59,573 nt of DNA from a virus (lineage: Duplodnaviria; Caudoviricetes): positions 1 to 59,573 of the IMG/VR virus record IMGVR_UViG_3300028585_000026. One strand, written 5' to 3'. The notes under the pieces were generated by a model that saw nothing but the letters and a program-made list of their open reading frames with translations, did no database searches and was not told the origin of the DNA. The position numbers and the translations under genes are program-made. This document shows, one piece after another, positions 28,881 through 39,485 of the stretch. Every line of letters starts with the position of its first letter. The first letter of the stretch is position 1.

Positions 28881-29261
28881 ATGGCCGCACGACCGAAGAC
28901 GATTTGCCGAAAAGTGAGTTGCGGCAGGCTGATTGACGCCCCTGGTTACTGCGACCTCCACGCCAAGCAGGCGTCCGGGTGGGCACGCAGTCACGGCAAC
29001 CAGACCAGCGCGCAGCGAGGGTATGGGTACGAATGGCAGCAGCGCCGCGAGCGCATCCTGCAACGAGACTGCGGGCTTTGCCAGATCAAGGGTCCTGCTT
29101 GCCGATTCGTTGCCAGCGAGGTCGACCACAAGGTCAGCAAGGCAGCGGCGCGCGCCCAGGGCTGGAAGACCGAGCAGATCGAGGCCGACGCGAACCTGCA
29201 GGCGGCCTGTTCCGACTGCCACAAGGCCAAAACCCAGGCCGAACGGGTGGGGCGGGTCTAG
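28881..29261 (+). CDS. Terminase-associated HNH endonuclease (HK97 gp74-like)
   Basis: RGYGYEWQQRR, EVDHKV, NLQAACSDCHKAKT; precedes terS. Confidence 0.85.
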   Translation: MAARPKTICRKVSCGRLIDAPGYCDLHAKQASGWARSHGNQTSAQRGYGYEWQQRRERILQRDCGLCQIKGPACRFVASEVDHKVSKAAARAQGWKTEQIEADANLQAACSDCHKAKTQAERVGRV

Positions 29262-29347
29262 CCTTTGGGGCCTTTTGGCCCTAGACCGACTAGCAAGTTC
29301 TATTTTTACTTCCGCAATTCAGACTTTCGGACCTCAGGAGTAACAGG

Positions 29348-29749
29348 ATGCCCAAGCCCCGGACCCCCTCGGCGGTGCTCGAGGCGCGGGGTGCCTTTGA
29401 TAAGGATCCTGCGCGCCGCCGCGACGATTTCGAATCTGGCGCGTTCGACCCGACTCCGCCCACCTACTTCAAAGCCCACCAAAAAGCTGCCTGGAATGAG
29501 ATCGTCGCAGCCCTGCCGGCGACGGTCCTGCAAGCGACGGACCGGATGGCTGTCGAACTTGCGGCGCGCCTGATCGCCCACTTTCGCAAACTGCCTGACG
29601 ACGAGGTAACCTCGGCGCAGGTGGCTCAGATTCGCACCGCGTTGGCAGTGCTCGGCATGACGCCGGCGGATCGCTCCCGGGTATCGGCCAAAAAGCAGGA
29701 CCCGGTTAACCCGTTCGCCGACATGGTGGGCAGTAAGAAGGCACACTGA
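29348..29749 (+). CDS. terS: Terminase small subunit
   Basis: LGMTPADRSRV motif; upstream of terL. Confidence 0.85.
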   Translation: MPKPRTPSAVLEARGAFDKDPARRRDDFESGAFDPTPPTYFKAHQKAAWNEIVAALPATVLQATDRMAVELAARLIAHFRKLPDDEVTSAQVAQIRTALAVLGMTPADRSRVSAKKQDPVNPFADMVGSKKAH

Positions 29750-29751
29750 TC

Positions 29752-31428
29752 ATGTCGGCCGGTTTCGTCGGCACGGCACTGGAATACGCGCAGGCAGTCA
29801 CAAAAGGGAAGATCGTCGCCTGCAAGTGGGTCAAGCTGGCCTGCAAGAAGCACCTGGACGATCTGAAGGCGAGCCGGCGAAAAGCCTTCCCGTACTACTT
29901 CGACCCGGATGCGGCCAACAAGGTCTGCAAGTTCCTGTCGCTGATGCCCCACACCAAAGGGAAGTGGGCGAGAAAGCGCGAGACAATCAAGCTGGAGCCA
30001 TGGCAGTGCTTCGCGTTCGTTTCCCTATTTGGCTGGAAGATCAAGAAGAACGACCGGCGCCGGTACCGAAAAGCCTACTTCGCGGTGCCGCGGAAAAACG
30101 GCAAATCGATTATTGGCTCCGGCATCGGCCTGTATATGTTTTCGGTCGACGGTGAATTCGGCGCCGAGGTGTACTCGGGTGCAACCACTGAGGCGCAGGC
30201 CTGGGAAGTGTTCAGGCCGGCCAAGCAGATGCTCGAGCGGACGCCGCAGCTGCAGGAGGCGCTCGGCGCCGAGGTCTGGGCGAAGGCGCTGCTGGCGCCG
30301 GCCGACGGATCTCGCTTCGAGCCGGTGATCGGCAAGCCAGGCGATGGCGCATCGCCGTCATGCGCGATCGTGGACGAATACCACGAACACGACACGTCTG
30401 AGCTGGTCGACACGATGGAAACCGGCATGGGCGCGCGCGAGCAGCCGCTGCTGCTCATGATCACCACGGCCGGCTTCAACATCGCCGGACCTTGCTACGA
30501 CCAGGAGCAGGATGCCAAGAAGGTGCTCGAGGGAGTGCTGGACGATCCGGAGCTGTTCGCCCTGATCTATACGATCGACGACGGCGACGACTGGACCAGT
30601 CCAGCGGTCCTGCGCAAGGCCAACCCAAACTACGGGATTTCGGTCGACGAGGATTTCCTCCTGGCCCAGCAGAAGCTCGCGACGCAGAGCGCTTCGAAAC
30701 AGACTCGTTTCAAGACGAAGCACTTGAACATCTGGTGCTCGGCGAAGTCCGCCTGGCTGAATATGCTCGAGTGGAACAAGTGCGCGGATCTGACGCTGCG
30801 CCGTGAGCAGTTCAAAGGGGAGCGATGCTACCTCACGCTGGACTTGGCCAGCCGCTCCGACGTGTGCGTCCTGATGCTGGTGTTCGTGCGCGAGATCGAG
30901 GGCAAGCAGCACTTCTACCTGTTCGGAGACTACTACCTACCTGAGGCCGCGATCGAGAACGCGGAGAAGAACGCGAATGCCTACCGGAAGTGGGTGATCG
31001 AGGGATTCCTTCAGCAGCACGACGGCGCCGAGATCGACTTCGATTTGATCGAGGAAGACATGCTCGCCCTGGTGGCGGAATTTGGGCCGGATGAGGTTGT
31101 GTTCGACCCATACCGCGCCGCGCAGCTCGAGCAGCGGCTTACGAAAAACGGCGTCACTGCCGTCGAACTCGGGCAGACCGTCAAGAACCTGTCGCTCCCG
31201 ATGAAGGAATTTGAGAGCGCCATCAAGGCCGGCCGCGTGCATCACGACGGCAATCCGATGCTTGCCTGGATGATGTCGAACGTCGTGGCAAAGCTCGATG
31301 CCAAAGACAACATCTATCCGCGCAAGGAAAAGCCGGAGCAAAAAATCGACGGCGCTGTCGCCTCGATCATGGGGGTGTCTCGCGCTATCAGCAACGAGGC
31401 TACCGCTACTTCATTCTGGGAGTCCTGA
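29752..31428 (+). CDS. terL: Terminase large subunit
   Basis: PRKNGKS Walker A, IVDEYH, LDLAS, KIDGAVA. Confidence 0.95.
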   Translation: MSAGFVGTALEYAQAVTKGKIVACKWVKLACKKHLDDLKASRRKAFPYYFDPDAANKVCKFLSLMPHTKGKWARKRETIKLEPWQCFAFVSLFGWKIKKNDRRRYRKAYFAVPRKNGKSIIGSGIGLYMFSVDGEFGAEVYSGATTEAQAWEVFRPAKQMLERTPQLQEALGAEVWAKALLAPADGSRFEPVIGKPGDGASPSCAIVDEYHEHDTSELVDTMETGMGAREQPLLLMITTAGFNIAGPCYDQEQDAKKVLEGVLDDPELFALIYTIDDGDDWTSPAVLRKANPNYGISVDEDFLLAQQKLATQSASKQTRFKTKHLNIWCSAKSAWLNMLEWNKCADLTLRREQFKGERCYLTLDLASRSDVCVLMLVFVREIEGKQHFYLFGDYYLPEAAIENAEKNANAYRKWVIEGFLQQHDGAEIDFDLIEEDMLALVAEFGPDEVVFDPYRAAQLEQRLTKNGVTAVELGQTVKNLSLPMKEFESAIKAGRVHHDGNPMLAWMMSNVVAKLDAKDNIYPRKEKPEQKIDGAVASIMGVSRAISNEATATSFWES

Positions 31429-31604
31429 TGAAAACCCTTACCAAACTGGCTCCCGATGCCCTTATCGTCGCCGGCGCCGCGGCATTCTCTTTCGGCGTTG
31501 GCTTGCTGCATCCGGCAGCCGGCTGCATTGCCGCCGGCGTCCTGATGATGGTCGGCGGCGTCCTGGCGAGCGTGAACATCGCACGCGCCAAGGTGGGGGA
31601 CTGA
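31428..31604 (+). CDS. Small 2-TM protein
   Basis: Hydrophobic ORF with TGATG overlaps between terL and portal. Confidence 0.65.
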   Translation: MKTLTKLAPDALIVAGAAAFSFGVGLLHPAAGCIAAGVLMMVGGVLASVNIARAKVGD

Positions 31605-32836
31605 TGTCGATTTTCGTCCGATCCGGATCTGGCCGGCGAAACGAGGCATTCAAGGAGCCTTTCTGGCAAGAGATGGCAGGATGGCTCTCATCCGCGACCG
31701 GACGTGCAGTGAATGTGCGAACTGCGATCCAGGTGGCCACGGTCTTCTCATGCGCTCGGGTAATCGGCAACGGCATGGCGCAAGTCCCGTTCAAGCTGAT
31801 GCAGGAGGTGCGCGGGCGTCGCGTGCCAGCGAAGTGGCACAAGCTATATCGAATGCTGTCGCTAAAACCGAACGACTGGCAGACCAGCTTCGAATTTCGG
31901 CAGATGCTAGCGTGGCACATCGAGCTGTGCGGGCAGGCCTTCGTGTTCAAGAACTTGAGCATGACGGGGAAAATCCTCGAGCTGATTCCGTTCGCGCCTG
32001 GGCAGGTTCTGGTGCGCCGCGATGCGCAGACGCTGGAAATCTTCTATGACGTCTACGGCTTGGACGGAACCTTCAAAACCTTCACCAGGAAGCACATCTG
32101 GCATCTGCGTGGCCCCACGCTGGACGGCATCGAAGGTCTAGACGTCATCAGGCTAGCGCGCGAAGCGATCGGGTTGGCGCTGGCCACCGAGGAAACCGCG
32201 GCGCAGCTGCACAAGAACGGGATTCGCAACTCGGGTATTTACTCGATCGAGGGCACGCTCGACAAGAAGCAGCACGATGATCTGACCGCCTGGGTGGTCA
32301 AGCAGTTCGCTGGCGCGCAGAACGCCGGCCGGCCGATGATCCTCGACCGCAATGCCAAATTCCTGAACACGTCCATGAGCAGCGTCGACGCTCAGGCGAA
32401 TGAGACGCGCAAGCTTCAGATCGAGCAAATCTGCTCGTTCTTCGGGGTCCTGCCGATCAAGGTCGGCTTCTCGGACAAAACCGCAACCTTCGCCAGCGCC
32501 GAGGAGATGAATCGCGCGCACCGGGAAGATTGTCTGGCGCCGCGCTGGGAAGCGTTCGAGCAGTCTGCCGTGATCAACCTGCTGTCCGAGGCAGAGATCG
32601 AAGAAGGGTATTACACCAACTTCACCGAAGAAGGGATGCTGCGCGGCTCTGCCAAAGATACGAAGGACATCATCTTGGGCTATGTGAACGGCGGCATCTT
32701 GACGCCGAACGAAGGGCGCGGGCTGCTCGACCGCAATCCCGACGACGACCCTGCCAGCAACCTTCTCCGCATCCCCGCAAACATCGTCGGCGAGCAAAAG
32801 CCCGCCGAGCCTGAAACACCAGCTCCTCAGGAGTAA
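31604..32836 (+). CDS. HK97-family portal protein
   Basis: PNDWQTSFEF, IWHLRG, LTPNEGR. Confidence 0.95.
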   Translation: MSIFVRSGSGRRNEAFKEPFWQEMAGWLSSATGRAVNVRTAIQVATVFSCARVIGNGMAQVPFKLMQEVRGRRVPAKWHKLYRMLSLKPNDWQTSFEFRQMLAWHIELCGQAFVFKNLSMTGKILELIPFAPGQVLVRRDAQTLEIFYDVYGLDGTFKTFTRKHIWHLRGPTLDGIEGLDVIRLAREAIGLALATEETAAQLHKNGIRNSGIYSIEGTLDKKQHDDLTAWVVKQFAGAQNAGRPMILDRNAKFLNTSMSSVDAQANETRKLQIEQICSFFGVLPIKVGFSDKTATFASAEEMNRAHREDCLAPRWEAFEQSAVINLLSEAEIEEGYYTNFTEEGMLRGSAKDTKDIILGYVNGGILTPNEGRGLLDRNPDDDPASNLLRIPANIVGEQKPAEPETPAPQE

Positions 32837-32842
32837 TCCGGT

Positions 32843-33856
32843 ATGTCCAAATTGAATATGCAGCCACTTGCTGCAGGACGAGTGCTGTCCGCCGCAAACG
32901 AGAGCGCGCTGCGCGCGGCGCGGGACAGCCTCGATTCCGTCCTCTCACAACTGGCCCAGGAAGATCCGGCGGACGCTGGCTCTTTCCGTTACGTCAATCG
33001 CATGGCGCTGAAGCCTGGGCAGGTTCGCATCAATGCGGATACCGGCGACAACCAGGCCGAAGTCCTGATCTACGGTGACATCGGCGGCGGCTGGTACGAC
33101 GAAGGCATCACTGGCGAGTCGATCTCGAACCAGATCGCCGCACTGGACGTCGCCGAGATCCACGTGCGCATCAACAGCGGCGGTGGACTGGTATTCGAAG
33201 GGCTGGCCATCTACCAAGCGTTTGCGCGGCACGATGCAAAAATCATCGTCCACATCGACAGCATCGCAGCATCGATCGCGAGTGTGATCGCGATGGCTGG
33301 CGACGAGATCCGCATCAGCGAGGGCGCGAATCTGATGATCCACAAGCCGTGGTCCGGCATGTGGGGCGATGCGGACGCAATGCGCAAGGAAGCCGACATC
33401 CTCGACCAGCTTCAAGCGGGCCTGATCAACATCTACGAGGCGCGCACTGATGCGAAGCGCGCTGACCTGGAGGCGTGGGTCAACGCTGAGACCTGGTTCC
33501 TCGGGCAGCAGGCCGTCGACGCCGGCTTTGCCGACGTGCTGGTGCCGGCCAAAAAGAAGAAGGCCGCCAACTCGGCGATGCTCAACCTCTTCAAGAACAC
33601 CCCGCAGAACCTGCTGGCTTCCGCCGGTACCCCCGAAATCCGCGAGTTCGAAGCCTTCCTGCGCGATGCAGAAGGGCTGTCGCACGCGCAGGCAAAGCGC
33701 ATCGCAGCAGCGATGCCGAAGGCGAATCGCGACGATTCGTCGAACCCGTCAGTACAGCCCCTCCGTGATGGTGGGGACCCTGCGGATGAGCAGCGCTCGG
33801 CGGCCCACCGCCTGGCGCAGGGCATCAAACAACTTACCTCCACCATCAAGGAATGA
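32843..33856 (+). CDS. ClpP-like prohead protease
   Basis: RINSGGG, AASIAS, MIHKPW, AETW. Confidence 0.9.
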   Translation: MSKLNMQPLAAGRVLSAANESALRAARDSLDSVLSQLAQEDPADAGSFRYVNRMALKPGQVRINADTGDNQAEVLIYGDIGGGWYDEGITGESISNQIAALDVAEIHVRINSGGGLVFEGLAIYQAFARHDAKIIVHIDSIAASIASVIAMAGDEIRISEGANLMIHKPWSGMWGDADAMRKEADILDQLQAGLINIYEARTDAKRADLEAWVNAETWFLGQQAVDAGFADVLVPAKKKKAANSAMLNLFKNTPQNLLASAGTPEIREFEAFLRDAEGLSHAQAKRIAAAMPKANRDDSSNPSVQPLRDGGDPADEQRSAAHRLAQGIKQLTSTIKE

Positions 33857-33858
33857 CC

Positions 33859-35088
33859 ATGGCAGACAAAGACGCCGTTCAAGAAGTAATGGAAGCGTTC
33901 ACCGAGTTCAAGAAAACGAACGACGCGAACCAATCGAAACGCAGCTCGGACCTGGACGCGAAGCTCGACAAAATCAACGCAGCACTCGACAAGCACGAAG
34001 GGGCGAACCAGCAACTGATGCTGATCGAAAAGCAGAACAAAGCGATGCAGGACCAGCTGGACGCGATCGAAAAAATCGCAAACCGTGCAGGCCTGGGCGG
34101 CGCCGCCGATCCGCAGGCAAAAGCTGCGCAAGAATATATGGACGCGTTCGACCGCTCCATGCGCCGTGCCGCCGGCGACCGCGACCCGGCCGACATGGTT
34201 CTGCTGCGTGAGCGCTCCGCTGCACTGGTAAAGAGCGACGACGCCAGCGCTGGATATCTGCTGGCCCCGCCGGAAATGCAGAAAGAAATCATCAAGAACG
34301 TGATCGAGCTGACGCCGATTCGCGCTCTGGCCACCGTGCGCACGATCGGCGTCGGGAGCCTGAAGATGCCGAAGAAGACCGGCAACGGCGCTGCTTCGCG
34401 CGTCGGCGAGACCGCCAAGCGCACCAACACCGGCGATCCAGAATACGGCATGCTGGAGTTCTTCGCTCCAGAAATGTTCGCCCGTATCGAAGTGTCGCAG
34501 CAGATGCTGGAAGACTCCGATTACGACCTGTTCGCCGAACTGCGCGAAGACGCGTCGGAGCAGTTTGCGGTGCGCGAAGGCCAGGAATCGATCAGCGGCA
34601 CCGGCGGTTCGGCGCAGATGGAAGGCATCCTGACCAATACCGGCATCGGCTTCACGCTGAGCGGCGATGCAGCCAAGCTCACGGCCGACGGCCTGATCTC
34701 GCTGTTCCATGACCTGAAAACGGCGCATGCCCGTAATGCGATCTGGGGCCTGAACCGCAATACCCTCGGCCAGGTTCGCAAGCTGAAGGACACCAGCAAC
34801 CAGTACCTGTGGGCACCTGGCATCGCGAACGGTGCGCCGAACACCATTCTCGGTTCGTCGTATGCCGAAATGGCAGACATGCCGAACGTCGCTGCAAACG
34901 CATTCCCGATCGTCTTCGCTGACTTCAAAAAGCTGTACGTCATCGTCGACCGCGTGAATGTGTCTCTGCAGGCCGACTACACCACTGGCGCCGACGACGG
35001 CCTGGTCGTGTTCCGTGCTCGCCGCCGCGTCGGTGGCGGCGTGCGCCAGGCGGAAGCCGGCCGCAAGCTGAAGATCGCAGCAGCTTAA
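33859..35088 (+). CDS. HK97-fold major capsid protein
   Basis: Coiled-coil delta domain, AGYLLAP, VSQQMLED, RVGGGV. Confidence 0.95.
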   Translation: MADKDAVQEVMEAFTEFKKTNDANQSKRSSDLDAKLDKINAALDKHEGANQQLMLIEKQNKAMQDQLDAIEKIANRAGLGGAADPQAKAAQEYMDAFDRSMRRAAGDRDPADMVLLRERSAALVKSDDASAGYLLAPPEMQKEIIKNVIELTPIRALATVRTIGVGSLKMPKKTGNGAASRVGETAKRTNTGDPEYGMLEFFAPEMFARIEVSQQMLEDSDYDLFAELREDASEQFAVREGQESISGTGGSAQMEGILTNTGIGFTLSGDAAKLTADGLISLFHDLKTAHARNAIWGLNRNTLGQVRKLKDTSNQYLWAPGIANGAPNTILGSSYAEMADMPNVAANAFPIVFADFKKLYVIVDRVNVSLQADYTTGADDGLVVFRARRRVGGGVRQAEAGRKLKIAAA

Positions 35089-35140
35089 TCCACCCACCCA
35101 TGGCGAGCCTTCAACGGCTCGCCATTCACATGGAGTAGAG

Positions 35141-35413
35141 ATGAAGCTCAAAGCAATTTTGCCCTTTGACTGGGCGCACGGTGGCGTCAAGGTAGAACAC
35201 TTCCCGGTCGGCGCCGAGATCGAGACCGAAGACCAGGGCCTGATCACGGTTTCGACGAATGAAGGATGGACCGTGGAGGCTGGCGCGGCGTCGGAGGCGT
35301 CGAGCTGTGCGAATCCGGCGGACGAAACGCCCGCCGACCCAGCGCCTGACGCTGAAGACCCTCCCGCGGTCGAAATCCCAGCGGCGCCGAAGCGTGCCCG
35401 CGCGAAGCAGTAA
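35141..35413 (+). CDS. Small head-associated protein
   Basis: Follows the capsid gene; GGAG RBS. Confidence 0.65.
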   Translation: MKLKAILPFDWAHGGVKVEHFPVGAEIETEDQGLITVSTNEGWTVEAGAASEASSCANPADETPADPAPDAEDPPAVEIPAAPKRARAKQ

Positions 35414-35431
35414 CCACCTCGGCGGATCGTC

Positions 35432-35704
35432 ATGACCCACCTGCATATGACCCCCATGGTCTCGACCCTCCGCGTGTATGACGCGCCGGGCGGCTACGAG
35501 CAACGCCGGCCGTACCTGGGAATCATGACGGTCAGCCACCTCTCGGACAAGGTCGTCTACCTGCATGGCGCCGTCGGAGAAATCGACCGAGCCACGTATG
35601 AAGCGGCCCTGGCCATGCTCCGCGAGCGCGGAGTGACCACGGTGCAGTACGAGCGCCGCGGCCGAATGAAGATTCTGACTCTGGCCACGGCCAGCGAAAC
35701 CTAG
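35432..35704 (+). CDS. Hypothetical protein
   Basis: ORF with phage-like codon usage. Confidence 0.55.
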   Translation: MTHLHMTPMVSTLRVYDAPGGYEQRRPYLGIMTVSHLSDKVVYLHGAVGEIDRATYEAALAMLRERGVTTVQYERRGRMKILTLATASET

Positions 35705-35729
35705 ATTACCGATAGCGAGACTGACGCGC

Positions 35730-37487
35730 ATGATCTACAACTGCATCAAGACGACGACCACAGCCGCAGCAATCGGGACCGGCAATGGGACCGTGGTCAG
35801 CGCCGCAGCAGCGCGCGCACGCCCACTCTCGGATATCCCGGTCGGGAAGCAAGTCGCGCTGCGCATCGAGGATGAGGCAGGCACGGCATGGGAGCTTTCC
35901 CTCTGCACGGTCCTTTCCGCCACGACGTTCTCGCGCGATGTCATCATCAACGGCTCGGCCGGTGCGGGGCAGAAGGTGAACTTCGGAGCCGGCGCCAAGA
36001 CGGTGCAGCAGGTCCTGACCGCCGACGAGATTAACTCGCTGACAGGCGTCTTCGATGTGTCGTTCTCGTCGACCATTCCATTGGCACGCGCCGGCCATGC
36101 GTTCATGCAGCAGCAGACGGTCAGTGGGCCGCTGACCTTCACGCCGGCGGCATCGGCCGTGCGCGGGGCGCTGGTCTACCTGCGCCTGGTCGCCGACGGC
36201 ACCAATGCGCCGAACTTCTCCGCGTTTAAGGAGTGGGGCGGCTCGCTCGGGTACGACAACCGCGCTGGCATCGCCAACCAGGTGCAGTTCTTCCACGACG
36301 GGGTCGACTCGTGGGTGTCGATCAGTCAGGCGATCGGCGCTGCGCCGGCCCCTGTACTCGACACCACTGCGCCGAGCATGAGCGGCAGTATCTCGTCGTC
36401 GAGCATCAGTACCAGCGGTTTCAATACCAGCTGGACGGCCGGCTCGGACAACGTCGGCGTGACGGCGTACGAACACAGCATCGATGGCGGCGCCACTTAC
36501 ACCGCTGTCGGGAATGTGCTGACCCGCACGGTCAGCGGCCTGGTGGCAAACACAACCTATCAGGTGCGGGTGCGCGCGCTCGACGCAGCGGGCAACCGCT
36601 CTGCCGCGCTGTCGCTGGCCGTCAGCACCGAAAGCGACGCTGTTGTGGTGCCGGGCGATACCACCGCGCCGACCATGAACGGGGCGATCACCATCTCGAA
36701 CATTACGCAGACCGGCTATACGCCAGCGTGGCCAGCGGCCAGCGATGCCGTGGGCGTTGCCGGCTACGAGTTCAGCCGCAATGCTGGCACGAGCTATGTC
36801 GATTTGGGCAATGTGCTGACCACCAGCGTGACCAACGCCACCGCCGGCAGCACCGAGCAACTGCGCGTGCGCTCGTATGACGCCGCGGGGAACCGCGCCA
36901 CACCATTGCAGGCCAGTGTCACCATGTTGGCGGCAAGCACTCCAGGCGTCGAAGAAGACGGGCGCTTCACTGCACTGGACCGCGTGGCCGAGGAAGGCAC
37001 TGCCGCTCCGTATGGTTACTACCAGAACGCCGGCACCGCTGCCGGTTTCGGATCGTCAATCGCGAGCCCCGGAGGCATGAGCGTCACATCTCTCCCGGCC
37101 AACGCTGACGGCTTTATCCAAGTGCAGACGACTCGCGGTTCACAGATGGACGCGATGCTGTTCGCAAAGAGCACCAACGCGCTCGAAAGAATCAACGCGT
37201 GGGAATATGCGATCTTCCTAAAAGCGGACGGCAGCTACATTGCTTATGCCAACGGATCGACTGCGTCGCCATATACGGCAACTGCGAGAGTCGGCGGCGA
37301 TAAAATCCGGTTGCGTCGCGCCGGGTCGTCGATCATTGCAGAAATTGAGCGCGCCGACGGCACCGTGGCGGTGATGAAAACCTGGGCCGGCGCGGCGACC
37401 GGCCAACTGTTCTTCGGCGCAGCGTTCTCAGCCGTGGCGAACGCCGAAGGCCGGCTCCATACCATCCGCACCAAGGGTTTCTCATGA
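35730..37487 (+). CDS. Fibronectin type III repeat virion protein (putative fibre)
   Basis: Two DTTAP...W.A.SD.VGV..YE...VR..DAAGNR FN3 repeats. Confidence 0.8.
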   Translation: MIYNCIKTTTTAAAIGTGNGTVVSAAAARARPLSDIPVGKQVALRIEDEAGTAWELSLCTVLSATTFSRDVIINGSAGAGQKVNFGAGAKTVQQVLTADEINSLTGVFDVSFSSTIPLARAGHAFMQQQTVSGPLTFTPAASAVRGALVYLRLVADGTNAPNFSAFKEWGGSLGYDNRAGIANQVQFFHDGVDSWVSISQAIGAAPAPVLDTTAPSMSGSISSSSISTSGFNTSWTAGSDNVGVTAYEHSIDGGATYTAVGNVLTRTVSGLVANTTYQVRVRALDAAGNRSAALSLAVSTESDAVVVPGDTTAPTMNGAITISNITQTGYTPAWPAASDAVGVAGYEFSRNAGTSYVDLGNVLTTSVTNATAGSTEQLRVRSYDAAGNRATPLQASVTMLAASTPGVEEDGRFTALDRVAEEGTAAPYGYYQNAGTAAGFGSSIASPGGMSVTSLPANADGFIQVQTTRGSQMDAMLFAKSTNALERINAWEYAIFLKADGSYIAYANGSTASPYTATARVGGDKIRLRRAGSSIIAEIERADGTVAVMKTWAGAATGQLFFGAAFSAVANAEGRLHTIRTKGFS

Positions 37488-38206
37488 TCGCGCCGATTAT
37501 GGGTGGCTCGGGCGGTCTCAACTACACCGCTGACCGAGTGGCCGTCACCGCTGACGGCAATTCGCTGGTGTATGGCGACGGCTCAACGAACGGGCGGTCG
37601 TTCCCTGTCCAGCTCGCGGAGATGGCGCCGATTCGCGGACGCCTTGCGATCACCAATCTAGGCATCAACGGCCAGCGCACGAACCAGATGACGTCGAGCG
37701 CGTCCGATGTGAACGCAGCGCATCAAGCCGGCAAGCAGAATATCCTGCTCGTATGGGAGGCCGTCAACGATATCTTGGGCTCAGGCTCGAGTGCGCAGCA
37801 GGCCTACACGAACATGCGGGCCTACATTCAGGCGCGCTTGGCGACCAACCCGGCAAACCCATGGCGGGTCGTGCTGCTGACACTGGCGCCGGTCTATCCG
37901 GGCGATTCCTCCAGCGACGCCTACGTCCCAACGATCAATCAGCGGTTTCAGGATTACAACCAGCTTATCCGGGAAAATCAGGCGGCCATGGGCTACGAGG
38001 CGATGGTCGACGTGCGCCAGCCGGGTAGCCCGTTCGCGATCCCAAATTTTGAACGCGCCACCTTCAAGGCGACCGGGTACCAGCGTTACTTCAAGGTCGA
38101 AGCCGACAACAAGCTGTTGCATTTCAATAACTCGGGCTATGCCGAGATTGCCAAGATGGTGGCGGCGGTCCTTCGGCGCTTGCCGTCTCGCCCACCTACC
38201 GCCTAA
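37484..38206 (+). CDS. SGNH/GDSL hydrolase
   Basis: DGNSL block I, NLGING, VND, LHFNNSGY. Confidence 0.8.
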   Translation: MIAPIMGGSGGLNYTADRVAVTADGNSLVYGDGSTNGRSFPVQLAEMAPIRGRLAITNLGINGQRTNQMTSSASDVNAAHQAGKQNILLVWEAVNDILGSGSSAQQAYTNMRAYIQARLATNPANPWRVVLLTLAPVYPGDSSSDAYVPTINQRFQDYNQLIRENQAAMGYEAMVDVRQPGSPFAIPNFERATFKATGYQRYFKVEADNKLLHFNNSGYAEIAKMVAAVLRRLPSRPPTA

Positions 38207-38222
38207 TCCAAAAGGAAATCCA

Positions 38223-38420
38223 ATGATCGGATTCGACGCAGTGGGCATGCGCTCGGTTAGCGGCCCGCAGGCGGCAACAGCAGCGCCGCCGGATGAGGGC
38301 GATTCCGAGCAGATCGACGTATCAAAAATCTCCCTGGCCCGGATCGTCGTTTTCGAAGGCAGCGGCAGCCGGGTAACGCCCTTTGAGGGTAGCGGTAGCC
38401 GAGTAGTGAGGTTCGAATGA
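38223..38420 (+). CDS. Small virion protein
   Basis: AAGGA RBS; FEGSGSRV repeated twice. Confidence 0.55.
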   Translation: MIGFDAVGMRSVSGPQAATAAPPDEGDSEQIDVSKISLARIVVFEGSGSRVTPFEGSGSRVVRFE

Positions 38421-38761
38421 ATGAAAAGGCCCCTTGGCAAGAAGGAAGTGACTGGTTCGTCTTCCGCGATCCAGACGAGAAAAGCTACTACGTGGCCGAC
38501 ATCACGGCAGAGCTGGCCGACCGAGCAACCACTCCGAAATCAACTGGCGCGCTGGAGCTCGTACTGGCTGGCGTTGTGCAGCTGGAAGCTCCGCAAATTC
38601 AGGTGGTCACCGTCGGCGGCGAGCAACGCACCTACGCAATAGCATTCCTGGGCGGCATCGATGGCGATCCGCCTGCGGCTTGGAAATGGACTGCGCGTGT
38701 GACGTGCGCCAACGGCGAGCGTTTCGACAAAACCACCAACTTCAAAAGGCGGGATACCTGA
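38417..38761 (+). CDS. Putative fibre adaptor protein
   Basis: RDPDEKSYYVAD motif; beta-rich. Confidence 0.55.
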   Translation: MNEKAPWQEGSDWFVFRDPDEKSYYVADITAELADRATTPKSTGALELVLAGVVQLEAPQIQVVTVGGEQRTYAIAFLGGIDGDPPAAWKWTARVTCANGERFDKTTNFKRRDT

Positions 38762-38928
38762 TGTACGACGTCAGCAGACTTCCGGCTGTGCGCGCTCAGC
38801 TCGAGCAATCAGGCCAAGCCGATCAGAAACGGGCAAAGCAGCCAGTTGAGTACGCGCGCGCTCCGATCGCGACCGGCGGCCAGGTCGGCGCCGGCCGCCC
38901 GCCAGCAACACAAGGAACAACCCGATGA
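38761..38928 (+). CDS. Small hypothetical protein
   Basis: Overlapping start/stop on both sides. Confidence 0.5.
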   Translation: MYDVSRLPAVRAQLEQSGQADQKRAKQPVEYARAPIATGGQVGAGRPPATQGTTR

Positions 38929-39485
38929 ACTGGAAACTGATCACGCCGCCCACCGGGCTCGCCGTTTCGATGGTCGAGGCCCGCCTGGCCGCGCGCGTCG
39001 ACGTCGAAGAAGACGGCACCTCGGCGCTGGACAGCGAGATCGAGCGCGCGATCCGGACCTACACCACAGAAGCAGAAGGGGAAACCAACCGCGCGGTGAT
39101 GGAGCAGACCTGGCGCCTGACGCTGGACCGCTTCGACGGCGCGATCGCGCTGCGCCGGCCGCCGCTGCTACAGGTCGACCACATCAAGTTTTACAACGCC
39201 GAGGGCGTCCAGCAAACCCTCGACCCGCTCGATTACCAGGTCGACGGCGAGAGCGAGCCGGGCTACATCGTGCCGGCGACCGGGCGGCGCTGGCCAGCGA
39301 CGGCGCGCCGGATCAACGCAGTCGAGGTGCAAATCCGTTGCGGCTACGGCCCTGACCACACGACGGTGCCGGATGCGATCTCGGGGTTCATTCTGGCGCG
39401 CCTGTCCGAGCATTTCCAGTCCGGTGGCCAGCCGAAGAACGAACACGTGAAGCGGCTGTTGTGGCCGGAGGTGGTCTACGGATGA
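38925..39485 (+). CDS. Head-tail connector (gp6-like)
   Basis: RAVMEQTWRLTLDRF, GYG...VPDAI. Confidence 0.85.
   Translation: MNWKLITPPTGLAVSMVEARLAARVDVEEDGTSALDSEIERAIRTYTTEAEGETNRAVMEQTWRLTLDRFDGAIALRRPPLLQVDHIKFYNAEGVQQTLDPLDYQVDGESEPGYIVPATGRRWPATARRINAVEVQIRCGYGPDHTTVPDAISGFILARLSEHFQSGGQPKNEHVKRLLWPEVVYG

Noticed and set aside
33433-35457. Long antisense ORFs (e.g. 674 aa here, also 6299-7711 and 48432-49643)
   Set aside because: Shadow frames of GC-rich genuine genes on the opposite strand
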